Shown: positions 27,991 through 40,140 of the stretch, one piece after another
Layout: each line of letters opens with the position of its first letter
Position numbering within the stretch: position 1 is the stretch's first letter
Source: Lingula anatina
Lineage: Eukaryota > Animalia > Brachiopoda
DNA length: 64,000 bases
NCBI GenBank assembly: GCA_051362555.1
Contig: CM120642.1
Location: 8,122,001 to 8,186,000 of the forward strand
Direction of reading: 5' to 3'
The notes under the pieces: generated by a model
Database searches by the model: none
What the model was told of the DNA's origin: nothing
Seen by the model: only the letters and a program-made list of their open reading frames with translations
Made by a program: the position numbers and the translations under genes

Positions 27991-30561
27991 TGACAGTGAT
28001 GATTCAAGAGGGAGAACATAGTACGTGATTTTATTTTGTTGTGAAGACAGGATGACGTGCAATAGATATATTGAATAGTGCACCACTAAAGACTAACAAG
28101 ATGTGGAGGTTGCACATGAAAACTATCACCGAGGAATAAAATTCTGTTCGAACAGTGTATGTGTTGAGGAGCAATATAGTTAAAAAGACGAGGAAGCGCA
28201 CCACTGCTTGTAGGGCTAGAAATAGCAAACGTGACATACCTTGTGAAATCCAGGAGTGCTCACGACGATAGATGTCATCACCAATCAGGTCGACTCTCCT
28301 AATTCCAGGACGAAGCAGGACCGACGTTTAAAAGCTGCAATGGATGATATCTTATGGGTGGGTGGAATTGGTACATCCCGTTTACCCTTGTGTGGTTCCC
28401 AACTCTATTGACACCCCTGTGTGCTGTTGTGAGCTGGCGCTTCTGTCGCTGGACAAACAAGCTACTTGGGTGCATAGCGACATCTAGCGGTGGTGAGAGA
28501 GTGCAGGCACACGTGTCTTGAGAGCTGGATGCACGGAATTGTTACGGGTGTGTCAGTTTCAGCCATTCCCACAGGCCTCGCCGACTCTGTAGTTTGAATT
28601 TAACTTTAAAGGACTGCAGCACACCGCCTCCCTTTCCAGCCTATTTCGAACATTGCGGAAAGGTTGTGAAATATAGAGGTGTAAAGCGGTCCTCATTTTT
28701 TTCTTCAAAATGTAAAAACAATGTAAGATAGGATGGGAAAGCGAAAAGAGAGATGGAGATACTTTTATTTCTTTTATTATGGAGGACGAAGTGGCCTTTC
28801 CTACCTTTTAGATGTTATGACCTGCAGCTGCGCATGCGCCTCGTCAATCCACTGGTAGTGTCGTCTGCTCCAGGCCACGTCGTCGTCCATTTTCCGCCAT
28901 TTTATGGCAGTCGATTTGTACTCAGCTCATGGCCATGTTGATGAGAATAAAATCGCTGAATAAGCGAAATTTGTCGTTGTTATGGCAATTAATGTATGAT
29001 GTATCTCAATCATGTAGCAATCATGTCTTAAAAAAGAAAAAAATATGTATAAAACTACAGCGCATGAATAGCCCTTTCCTAGCCTATTAGTATTGATTAA
29101 CACATCCAACTGTTACAGAACCGTCCGAAAGTCATTCCTCTATACCCCCTTTTTCAAGGCGAATACAATACAGTTAACGTAGCAAATTTCTTGGCGGGAC
29201 TGTAAAATATCTGTGTATTTTAAACTGTTTACCCTCTATGAGTGAAACTCTACTATTCCTAAACTATTTTATACCACAAGATTCTCCCCCGATACCTTTC
29301 ATGATATATATATAGTTTATGATTACACCATTCTCTAAAATCTAGAAAGCCTACTCTGTTATGTATGTGAACGGTTATCATAACAGACAGGAAAGTAATT
29401 TTATTTACTAGATTACACTTTAAGGCATTTTTAAAATATTAAATATGAATTTCAGGTACACATTTGGGTCTATTTCTGAGACTTGATTTTGAATACGTTT
29501 TCAAATCTACCACATTCAATATAGCAGACATAAATATTACATCGTAAATACATGTATATAAACTTTATGAATCAACTATCTTTCTGACCAGGTGAATACA
29601 ATACGTCACACTTTAAGTTATGCCCAGCTATCAGAAGATACATTACATATACAAAAGCGTGTACCCACTTCGTGTCTTAATTTTCAAAAAATGTCGATGC
29701 ATTACGGAAAACTTAAAAGAGTTTAATGCCGTTTATATGTGCCGATTTACCATCATTTGCTCACTTCACTGGCTCGTGTAGGTTTGGAACATTTTATGAA
29801 AAATATATACAGTCTGGATATAAATGCTCTGGTTAAAAGATAAAACAGTGCCGCAGGACTTCCATACAAATGCTAGCGTTAACCTCACAACAGGATTCAA
29901 GTTTATAATGACTTTTCTATGAGACAACAATATTCACGTATCTTGAACATTTCAAAAATTAAGAATGATAACATTCATGATACATACTCCTTTTCAATAG
30001 ATATACCAGCAAAATGCGTCAGCGTTCTATTGAAAATCACCTCATTCAATTAATCTGCTTGGATATGAAGGTAATAAAATTACACCAATTTCGAGGACTT
30101 GAGCATTACAGATAGGATACCAAACAACTTGCGTCAAGTCTTCTTTATGTTTCTTGAAAGTGGTCGACACTGCAATCAACTCACAACGTTGCTATCATGC
30201 ATCGCCATGTTGAGGGTCAATACCAGTTTCATTGCTTATCAAAATCTGAGTGATTTTATTCCAAATCAACGCCAATTAATAACTGCAAAGTGCGTCCCTT
30301 GGATTTTGATAAGGCGCGACGGTGGAAGAGTTCAATCGTCTGCCCGAGATGGGTGCTAGTTTAGTGTTTATAAAAAATAAAAAAATGTAGTATCTTAAAC
30401 TTATATATATGTGTTTCCAAATGTAATTATTTTTGACCATTTTCATATGCATTCACTGTGTCACACTCGCTAGTTAAAATCTGAGTCAACAGGTGTTTTA
30501 TGCATATCAAATGAGCCAGCGTCTACACATAATGGGTAGGTCTACCTATCGGCACCGCCCG

Positions 30562-30568
30562 TATAAAA
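30562..30568 (+). promoter_or_regulatory. TATA box of the CTLD-ShKT gene
   Basis: TATAAAA 93 bp upstream of the signal-peptide ATG at 30655. Confidence 0.55.
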
Positions 30569-30654
30569 GTTAAACTGGTAGGAAGAGAATTTAGAAAAAG
30601 TCAATTCGACAGGAGAACTGCCGGAGTATTCACACGTTATTTTGAAGATTTAAA

Positions 30655-33600
30655 ATGGATTCGAAATCTGTACTTGTGGTTTGCCTGGTTGTATTACTGG
30701 AACTGCATCAAGGCAATGCAGGTAAATGTGCTTCTTTTGCTTCTTTAATTCAATCAAATTACTACCTTCTTATTACTAAAAAACCAAAGGTTATTACGAT
30801 CAGAGTTCAAACGTGTACAGTAAATTTTCCACAACCGCAAAGGTATGATTATCAAAACATGTGAGTGCGCATACCCTTATACATGTAAAATAGTCCGTGC
30901 ATCGAAAAAAGCAATTATTGTACAGAGAAGAAAATGTTAAGTTTATTGTTTGTACGATTTAATGCAAACTGTGCTGTTCGAATTGCATAAATTGGTTGTT
31001 TTAGTTTAAAAATATTCGTTTTATTAATACATTTATTTTTGGTCAGAAAATATAGTGAATACGACAAAGAAAACTACACTAGGGCGGTAGAGTGGCATTT
31101 TGAAATCATACGCATTTTGCAACTTAAGAAATACGTAAATACACGTTTTGCTACATATTTTAGTAGGAACTGAATATCGATATTGTCCAAGACTGCATAT
31201 GCCTTCATTCGGGAGCTTTTCAATCTAGGCCAGCGCTACTGTCTCCGTCAAATGCAGTAGTTAAGTTGAAAATCGCCGTATTTAGCATTTAGCGCTTATT
31301 GTTTAGCATCGATGCTTATTTTTACGTTAACACAACACTTAACTTTTTAGAAACAATCTTCACTTGACTCTCATGGCTCTCACGAGTCTAAGCAAAAAAA
31401 AAAAAAAAAAAAAAAAAGGTACGTGTGGGTTTAAAGTATTATACAGAAAAAGTGTGTATTCACTTTTTTCGTTGGTCTCAAAATGCGTTTGATTGCGAAA
31501 TGCTGCTCTTCAGAGCGTAGATCTCTCTCGGAGCAGATCATGCGCTCCGCCTTTTTGTATCTCTTTTTATGTTTTTAAAATATACAAAAAACGAAATGCA
31601 TAATTCTATTATTAAATCGGTTTTTATATCATGTTAAATTATCTGTACTCAAAGATGGAAAAGCGGTTTTGTAGGAGTCAGCTTCCATTTGTATTTAATA
31701 TCACACATTTCCCTATCTACATGGCATTGTAATCAAGGGTGAAAGAGAGATTTATAGAGACGCATTACCTTTTTAATTAAAATAAAGAAAAAATAAGATA
31801 ACGCACGCTGACAGGCTCTTTAAAAGAACATATTTTCACATTAGGCTTCCTGTTCGTCCTCAGATTTGTTTCAGTAATTTAGCATATTGGAGCGTACAGC
31901 GTTAATTAGCACAATGCAAACATTCGGTTGTGGCTTAGGGCATACGTAAGAAGTCATTACAAGTTGATCTTTGACAAGCTCAGCAAGGCCGCATGCAAAG
32001 TTTACCGTAGCGTATAAACATTTATCAAACTCAATTTAATTTAAATTGCTCTATTCAAAGTTTTTATCGCGCGTTGCCGTGTAATAAAATTCTCCAGAAT
32101 CCTAGATACCAAGATAGTCAACCATTCTAAGTGCCGCGTTGGCACTGGGACCAAGAAAAAACAATTTTTAAAAAAGAGAATTTAAGCAAATTCTCTACAT
32201 TCTTTTTTCTTTGAAATGAAATGGTAACATTCCAACCTTTGTCCGAGATTTGCTCACACACGTCCGGGTCCCTTTAAAAAAAAATGTCCTCAAAAATGCA
32301 CCCCCTGGACCCGCGGGTGACCTCTTGCCTCCGACGTGCACAAAGACTAGCAAATTACGAGAAAAGGCCTCATAGAAATACCAGGCGATTATTATTAAAC
32401 GATTTTGAACAGTTATTAAAATTTGATTTATTGGATGATTATATAGATTACAGTTCTTTCAATAAATGGGACATTTGGGCTAGAGATGCGTGATGACTAA
32501 AATGATTAATTATATTAATTAATTAATTATATTAATTATGAAAAATGAAAAATTATGAAAAAACTTATTAGCCGGAGTTTTCCTTGCCCGTTTTGCAATA
32601 TTCCCAATCAAACCCCGCCTTTCTTCCGAGTAAAATGAAAAAAAAAAAAAAAACTGATATACTCATTGAACAGAAACTATGATTTTTCCAGCATGGCAAA
32701 ACTTCCTGGGACAATATTACAAGTTCATAGCGCAGCCAAAGACATGGTCCGACAGTAATGCCTACTGCCAGTCCCAATACGGCGCCAAGTTAGCCGAACC
32801 AGACGACAAAATCAAGCAGTTCTGGATGGGGCAGACGATCAATCATATTTACACATCAAATTCCCACCTAAACTGGTGGGTAGGCATCACGGATATGGGA
32901 CAGGAGGGACACTTCCGTACCGGCAGTGGGAAGCAGGTTACTGTTTCTGGTAAATTTATTGGGATATCCAACCATTATCTGTAAATGAAAATGAGTTGTA
33001 TTAACATTGGCTTTCACAAAGGAAATTAAGCATGTAACTTTTTACTCTCGTTTTTACAATGATATTTTATACCATAAATCTAGATTATACAGTATCTGCT
33101 GAACTGGGAAATTTCTGTATTTCAACATGACTATTTCACGGATGTCAATTTTTGTCGTTCTGTTTTTGTGCTGTACTAAAATATTTCTTGTTTTCAGCTG
33201 CTGGACGTGGAGATTGCGTTCACATCGTAACCAACCCAGTGTCCTTGACCGACGCCAACTGTGCCCTTGCGCAGCCTTTCATCTGTGAATGTGAGTACTT
33301 TTATCCAAAATTTTGCGTTTCGCATTTCGCTTTTGTATTCCACCTCACCCAGTTAAGGCCCAGTCACAATGTCGGCGATCTGTCGGGGATTAGTTTTGGC
33401 CGGGGGTCGTCGTAGAAAATAAAGAATCCTTGAACAATCCTAGCAATAATTCTAATAAAAGTGGAGCAGTCACATTGTCTGGGATTTTTTCAAGGATTTT
33501 GACCCGGTTTTGTCGAAAAATCGTGGGATTAGCCTCCGATTGCATCGGAGGCGATCGGAGACGATATCTGCGAGCGTCTTTTCTCGTAATTTTTCCCCCT

Positions 33601-35126
33601 GGGGATATGTGGTTATATATGGGTATATATTCGGAGGACGCCTCCGATTAATCGGAGGGCATCGTAGGTCATCGGAGATTGTGTCTGGGATGCCCAAAAT
33701 GGGTGAAAAATCTTGCGAGCAATCTTTAAATTTTAGGTTCAAAGTTGGGGACCGCGACGGGTGTGGCGATGTCTAAAAAATCTGCGACAACCCGCAGGCG
33801 TCCGGAGAGCGCCTCCGACGGGTGCAAAATCGTGAGATCTGTCTCAAGATTTTGTTCAAATTTCCCGGGTTTTACCCATCCCCGACGCATCGCAACTGAT
33901 TTGTGACTGGGCCTTTACTTGCACTATTTCTGTGTCGTCTCGTGTGACATCACATGCTGACGCCAGTCTCTTTTTGGACTATCTTGGATGATGCCCATTG
34001 ATTAAACTTATCGTCGTTGCAGATTAAGTGTGTCCATTTCTAGCTGAAGCTGTGTCACTCACCATTTTTATTAAGCTTATTTGAACTTTTAAACAGACCA
34101 GTTTCGTCACTGATCAGTACCATTTGTACGGCTTGTATCATTTTTAAATTTTCAAATGGTACGTCGTGTAATAATGTTGCGTGTAGGATTTATCATGCTC
34201 TTAATGGTTTACACTTACCGTATTTTTTCCTATTCCAGCCTCTTCAATCCCGACAACTCCTGCAGCCTGCACCGATGCTATTCCGAACTGTGCAGCTTAC
34301 GGCGCCAGTGTCTGTACGGAGTACGCCGGCTGGGCAGGGAAAAACTGCCCGGCTTTCTGCCAACGCTGTCAACCTGGTGAGCTTTTTAAACGCTTGTTGT
34401 AAAATCTACATCCCAAAAAGTGTACAGTAAGTTTGAACATCCATGATTGGTCTAGACATAAATCGGCTTCATGGCCAACGATGCAGTGCAATGTACGACT
34501 AGTCGAACAAAAATAACATAGTTAACATTGGTATTAATTATATTTCAGCTACAACTACAACTACAACGACCACGACTACGACAACTAGCCCCCCACTCTG
34601 CGTAGACAGCATTTCCAACTGTGCAGACTACGGTGCTTCTGTGTGCACTGAATACGCAGGGTGGTCTCAAACCAACTGCAAAGCTTTCTGCGGACTTTGT
34701 CCTGGTAAGTTTTTCAGGATTTATTCTTTTACCATCTAAATCAAATGTGAGAAATGGCACATATTATTAAATTTGTAAAAATGATATATTCTTAAAAGAT
34801 AATTACACTTTATTTTGAAGCAACTGGAAGCTATTATAGGCCTACTGAGTGGGAGAAAAAGATAATGATAAAAAATATTGTGTAAAATAATATTGTTTTA
34901 ATATAAAATTAATTGTGTGGTTTCAGAGAAGAGGCAATATCCGATATAACAGAGTCTGTAGCAAAGTACATGTAAAATGCTTAGTAGATTTTTTTGTTTC
35001 ATTTTAGCACCGGCGTGCAAGGATACTTTATCCAATTGTAACGAATACGGAAGTCCCGACTACGCGTGCGCGTACAAAACCTGGGCAAAAAATAACTGCG
35101 CCAAGTACTGCGGTCTTTGTCCCTAG
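30655..35126 (+). CDS. Secreted protein: signal peptide + C-type lectin-like domain + 3 ShKT domains, 6 exons, 276 aa
   Basis: join(30655..30721,32692..32949,33198..33290,34239..34376,34549..34704,35008..35126); all introns GT-AG, phase 1; 831 nt. Signal peptide MDSKSVLVVCLVVLLELHQGNA. CTLD hallmarks YYKF..KTWSDSNAYC..GAKLA..WWVGITD..EGHF..CVHI..DANC..PFICE. Three six-Cys ShKT repeats: CTDAIPNCAAYGASVCTEYAGWAGKNCPAFCQRC, CVDSISNCADYGASVCTEYAGWSQTNCKAFCGLC, CKDTLSNCNEYGSPDYACAYKTWAKNNCAKYCGLC. A Thr12 linker joins the first two. AATAAA at 35416-35421. Confidence 0.9.
33356..33914. mobile_element. PIF/Harbinger (Tourist-like) MITE in intron 3 of the CTLD-ShKT gene
   Basis: TIRs AGGCCCAGTCACAA ... 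TTGTGACTGGGCCT, flanked on both sides by TTA (33353-33355 and 33915-33917). GC-rich non-coding interior, 559 bp. A TTA/TAA 3-bp TSD is typical of PIF/Harbinger. Confidence 0.85.
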
Positions 35127-35489
35127 ATTATCACACGGTGATATGATAATTTTTTATAGACATTTCTTAGTGCTATACGCATTGTGCAGGAAATCCTGGA
35201 ACTTTACTGCGATTGATTTTTGAGCGATAAAGTGCACTCCTTTCATTAAAAAATATTTTGACAAATGCAAATGTTAATTAAATAGTTAAGTGTACGACTG
35301 GTATACTTTTCAGACCTGAGCTGTATTTCTTTCAGTTGATAAACTTCTTTTTCGACAAGTTGTTCCTTTGAGATATAGGCCTAACTCTTTGAGAACGTGA
35401 AAAATAATTTTTGGAAATAAACAATTAAGCTACATTGTACTATCTATTACGTGTAACACATATCACTTTGACTGTTCACCTGTAGGCTA

Positions 35490-35672
35490 TACCCTCTACC
35501 AGGGCGACTGATAGATTTTTACGGATATTCACAGATATGTCTCTAGCTAGATAGATTGTCATTTTAACTCTAAGACTTAGAATAAGACTTAGAGTTAAAA
35601 TGACAATCTATCTAGCTAGAGACATATCTGTGAATATCCGTAAAAATCTATCAGTCGCCCTGGTAGAGGGTA
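35490..35672. mobile_element. Foldback MITE (Mutator/MULE-like), 85-bp perfect arms, 9-bp TSD
   Basis: 35490-35574 is the exact reverse complement of 35588-35672 (TACCCTCTACCAGGGCGACTG ... CAGTCGCCCTGGTAGAGGGTA). Direct repeat TGTAGGCTA at 35481-35489 and 35673-35681. Long TIRs with a 9-bp TSD are characteristic of MULEs. Confidence 0.88.
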
Positions 35673-38600
35673 TGTAGGCTATGTCATACAACTTTCGAAA
35701 ATGTGATTATGTAACTTTGTGGCGAATCGTGTCTGTTCCGTATGGTCACTGTTTTTAATGCGTCGCCGCATCGGTGTGAACAATAGCATCTTAGTGAGAC
35801 ATTGAATGTAAATTAGCGGCTATTCAGAAATAATTCGTGTATAATTCAGTCGCAAATCTTCGTGAGTTATGTTTATTGTATAAATTAGGTCATTGTATGG
35901 AGTGTATATTTGACTAGCACGATGATATGTAACCTTACCAATGTAAATATCATATAATGTGTGATGAATAAAATGCTTAGAATGTATTATACCAGTGTAG
36001 TGTAAACACACTGTATAACCAGGTTCAGCCTTTTTTCCTAGGGTCCTCTGAAACAAAAGAACTTTGTCACACACTGAAGGATAGACCTTAATGTGGCAAC
36101 ATTAGTTTTCAGAAAATTTCAGCTCTTTCAACGCTCAATTCACAGCCAAGGTAAACCATATCTCAAAGCGAAATAGAGACTGTTGAATTTCACTCTTGAT
36201 GACACAGATAAAACATCAGAAGATTTTCAAAAGTATTCTGACTGAAGTTTTTTTTGATAGGGACCCGCTGAGGTGATGAATATTGCTACAACGGTAACAG
36301 TAGTGTAAACGTTGTCTTACCGTGGTTGACTAGTAAATTAATCTCGAATCAAATGCACAGCCTGCACTCGTGCTGACATCTGGCGGGTATACTTGATGAG
36401 GTGACTGGATTGCTTAGTGTAGTTTCAAGCCTATTCAATTACCACTTCACATAAGCCATCAAATATAAAATGAACTTAGTTATTTTCGACGTCTCACGTT
36501 AAATTAAACCCACCCTACTAAGGGTTATGAGAGACTAAAACCTGTTATGTGAAAGTACAATCAAAATTCATAAAAGTTCTTTAAAGTAAATTATTTAAAC
36601 AACAACAACAACAATAACAAAAAAATTAAAAACTTTTTCAATCCCTCTCGTCTGTATTTAAATTTACTTCTGCTCCACATCATTGCGCGTACCATTTTGT
36701 TGTCTTATATTGTACCAGTATATGTTTATTTTGCATATAATCTTTTCAGTGTCATTAAATGGATCAAAATGTTTTTCCAAAAGAATCGGATAAGAATCGG
36801 GAAATATAAGGGTCTGTGCAACGTTGAAAAACGTTCCATATTGTCCCACATGCAGGACCGGGACCTACGTTATTGCATATATAAGTAATTATAGAAAGTA
36901 AAATTCGATAAAATAAATAGATGAAAATGGCTTCGCGTTAAAACGGTGTAGCTTATGGAAATTAAAATAAAGGTATACAGTTTCAATTGTATTTAAATGG
37001 GACCCTGTATGTACCCCAACTCTACACTTCTTATCCTCTTTTTGGCACAAATAAGCTAACATTGGCCAGGGAAGTATTTTAATAGGCCTACTTAAATGGC
37101 CAATGTTACGCGAAGACCGATAATGATGTTATGGTTTTACAGAGCCTCTCGAAAAATAGAACATGTTAAAATTGTATTGTGAAATCGTAATTAAATGCGA
37201 CCAGGTTTTGACACGTGTGATAGAGATGCTTTTTAAAGACCCATCTTGAATGCGCAGATAACTTTGACAAGCTGTTGAAAAACCTTTGTTTTCCTATGAC
37301 ATATTTCCATTTGTTTGCACCTGCACATTTCCCGTGCACTTTTTGTAGAAGATTATACCTACACCGTGTTTGTACATGTAACCACGACAACCGCCGTTTG
37401 AGTCGGTGGCGTCTCTTTCCAAACCACTCTGTTTTGATGAATAATCCCCTGGGATATTAGACGCACATTTGATAAATTGCTGTGTGATCTCCCACAATCC
37501 ACCCAATTAAAAATTCACAAACTCCCCGCTACCAAGGGAACGAAGGTTTTCATCACTTTTTAGACTGTTCACATGGCTGCACACCTTCTCAGTCGCACAA
37601 GCAAAATGAAGGAAACAAAGTTTAAACGGAATAGGTTTTCGAATATCTCTTCACGCCTATCAGCATATGTCATTGAACAAAGAGATGAGAGCCTCTTAGA
37701 GAAAGCCTAATTATGTACTCCAAGTTAATGCATGTTTGTAATAGGGTTGAGATCTATTGAATATTTATAAAACTTTTTAATACCTGTTTCATAACGATTG
37801 GTTGGGTTGAAATTTATAGGATGTTGTTTTAAAACGTATGGCACACGGGGCATCGAGTAAATGGAAAAAGGACAACATGCATATTCAAAATACATTCTTC
37901 GGTGTATACAAGAAATGTTGTGTTGGCAAAGGCTGATCAGTGCGTTTCTAAATGATTTGAAGTTAAAACTTGACTTTCCAAAATCCACTTAGATCTTTAA
38001 CATTGATATAAACAGAGCGGTTTAATGATACCTTTGTCGACTAATGAAGTCTCAGTACTGAGTTCAATCGCCTATTCTCCACTTCAAAACTGCAGTTTAG
38101 TGGTAGCGAATGGTCATCGTTGATGGCACTCGATGGCCTGCCGCCAATCAATGGCACACAGAAATATCTTAAAGTGGATTAAAGAGCTTCATTAACTTTG
38201 CATGCAATCAGACGCCATTCTCGGAAACAATCCATTTAGAACAATAAGAGTGATATTCGAGCACACGTGTGTTTTGTCTCCGTTTTTTTTCAAAATTCAT
38301 TAAGGGGTAAAAGATGACAGTCATTAAAGATTGTATTATAAGTATTATTCCATTTATAAATTATTAAAATACGTCTGAACACAAGGAATTGCAATTATCT
38401 CATTTTCACGTCTGGTTATTTTTTCCACGAATTATTTTCTACGGGCCACTGTTATTCCTGTCATATTGAAAAATGATAGAGTATACTTGGTGCGGCAAAT
38501 TATAAATGGATTATTTATACGAGACTGATATTACTATTGTCTCTTGCAGTTCATTCAACGGTATCAGTTTTTGTGAATATGTTTTCCCTTAGTCGTGCCG

Positions 38601-39249
38601 TTGGGATAAATACTGAGAAGAAATGATGAGTTTTCAGTAATACATGTAGTTTATTAAGCCCAATATTTCGTTTGGTATCCAAACGAAACGACAAATAGAA
38701 TAAGCCCTAACGTTTGTCCTTTTTCCGTCTATTACATTGTCTAGTTCAAAGTTCAAGAATGTTCTGCACAAATGCCTTTTTGCGGACGCATTTCGCCGAT
38801 TGACTTTGACCGACTGAATTGTTGCAGCCCTTAATGGTTAATCTTTCATTCTGAGTTAAATGCTGTTAACTAGCAAGGCTGGCCACTCCACCTATTATCA
38901 CCTGAAGAATCGGGAATGTTTTTTTATAAAAATAGGGGAGACCGGGGCTAGTTGGGCCCCGGGGTAAGTTAGTCGCTCGTCAATTTATGAAAAAATTAAC
39001 TACGAGCTAAAAAATTGATCAGATTAGCTTGTAAAGTGACCGTATCCAGCAATGCCAAGAAAGCGTCGATCGTAAAAAAGTTTTACTTAAGAGGCGAGTC
39101 AAAATGAAAGATAGCTTAGCCACACATTCCCAAGGCCAAATGTAGGTCTAAAGATGAGGATCCCCTCAGCATGGAAGCCGGCCTGAGGGTGTGACCTGCA
39201 GGTGGAACATAAAGTGTCAGCAACTCATAACTAGTGATCTCGTTTACAT

Positions 39250-39688
39250 GTTTGTTTTATAAATGTATCATGAGACGCCTGGATAATCTACCAACACAGT
39301 CTGATAGCTGCAAACTGTTTGGTAGTATAGAGGACTGTTTTGTACTATAGAAGGGAGGGCGGCTTGGCTCAGTGTATAGACCATAGTTTGATACGTTTTG
39401 GTGGAGTCCAAGGACTTGTTTGCAAAATTTTAGCTGCAATTTTTCTGCAGGGCATTTATCAACAAACACAGAGTAGCCCCATATCTCTCAACAGTGTGTA
39501 AGGATTGGATATTTTTTCTAAAAGGGGTGTGCAAACATTACTCTGATGTGGTAGACACTTACCCATACTATTGAAGGCTTTTGTGGCACGTTGGGGGAGA
39601 TTATTGAGTTTTTGTAAAACATCTTGATCGGGTAAGAAAAAAGACCTAAGTATATGTACTTGGTGTCCCCTTGAATTGGATTTCCATA

Positions 39689-39723
<35 letters not shown>

Positions 39724-40140
39724 GAAACGTGCGTTTGATGTTGAGTTGGAGGTAACTACTTTTCTAGTTTTGTAGCTATGACAGTCGTTCTCCTCTTGTA
39801 ACAAAAGTTTTCTGCACTTTCCAGACTTCGTATTAGCCCTTCGAGTGTCTTGAACTTTAGAAAGAGGCCAAGAACATATTGTAAGTCTTGGACTTTTAGT
39901 ACTTTGCCATCATTTGATCTAAGGAGGTTTTAAATAAGAATATTAAAGAGAAACGGGCTCAGAGTGTCACCTTGTTTTACACCTAGTCCTGCATTAAAGG
40001 CCGGCAATATACCATTTGTTGTCTTAACATATGCTATTGAGTTTTCGTACATGCTCTTTATGTTTTTGCATGTAAGTCCTCCAATTCCCACGGTTTTTAG
40101 CTTTAGCAGCAGTTCATTTCTCCAAACACTATCGTATGCG
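39250..40140 (-). mobile_element. Decayed non-LTR retrotransposon (LINE) reverse-transcriptase fragment
   Basis: Minus-strand translation gives AYDSVWRNELLLKLKTVGIGG..IKSMYEN..GVKQGDTLSPFLFNILI* (RT AxD and QG..LSP.LF motifs), KYIYLGL (YLG motif) and EKLQLKFCKQVLGLHQNVSNYGLYTE (post-RT region of CR1/L2-group LINEs). Stops, frameshifts, a poly-A interruption and no recognisable YADD. Confidence 0.85.

Noticed and set aside
33084-33118. Micro-exon that might restore the CTLD long loop
   Set aside because: Weak splice sites, and the peptide (DYTVSAELGNF) has no W/EPN/QPD similarity.
38934-38975. AGGGGAGACCGGGGCTAGTTG..GGGGTAAGTT, resembling a DNA-transposon terminus
   Set aside because: No matching opposite end or TSD found in the window.
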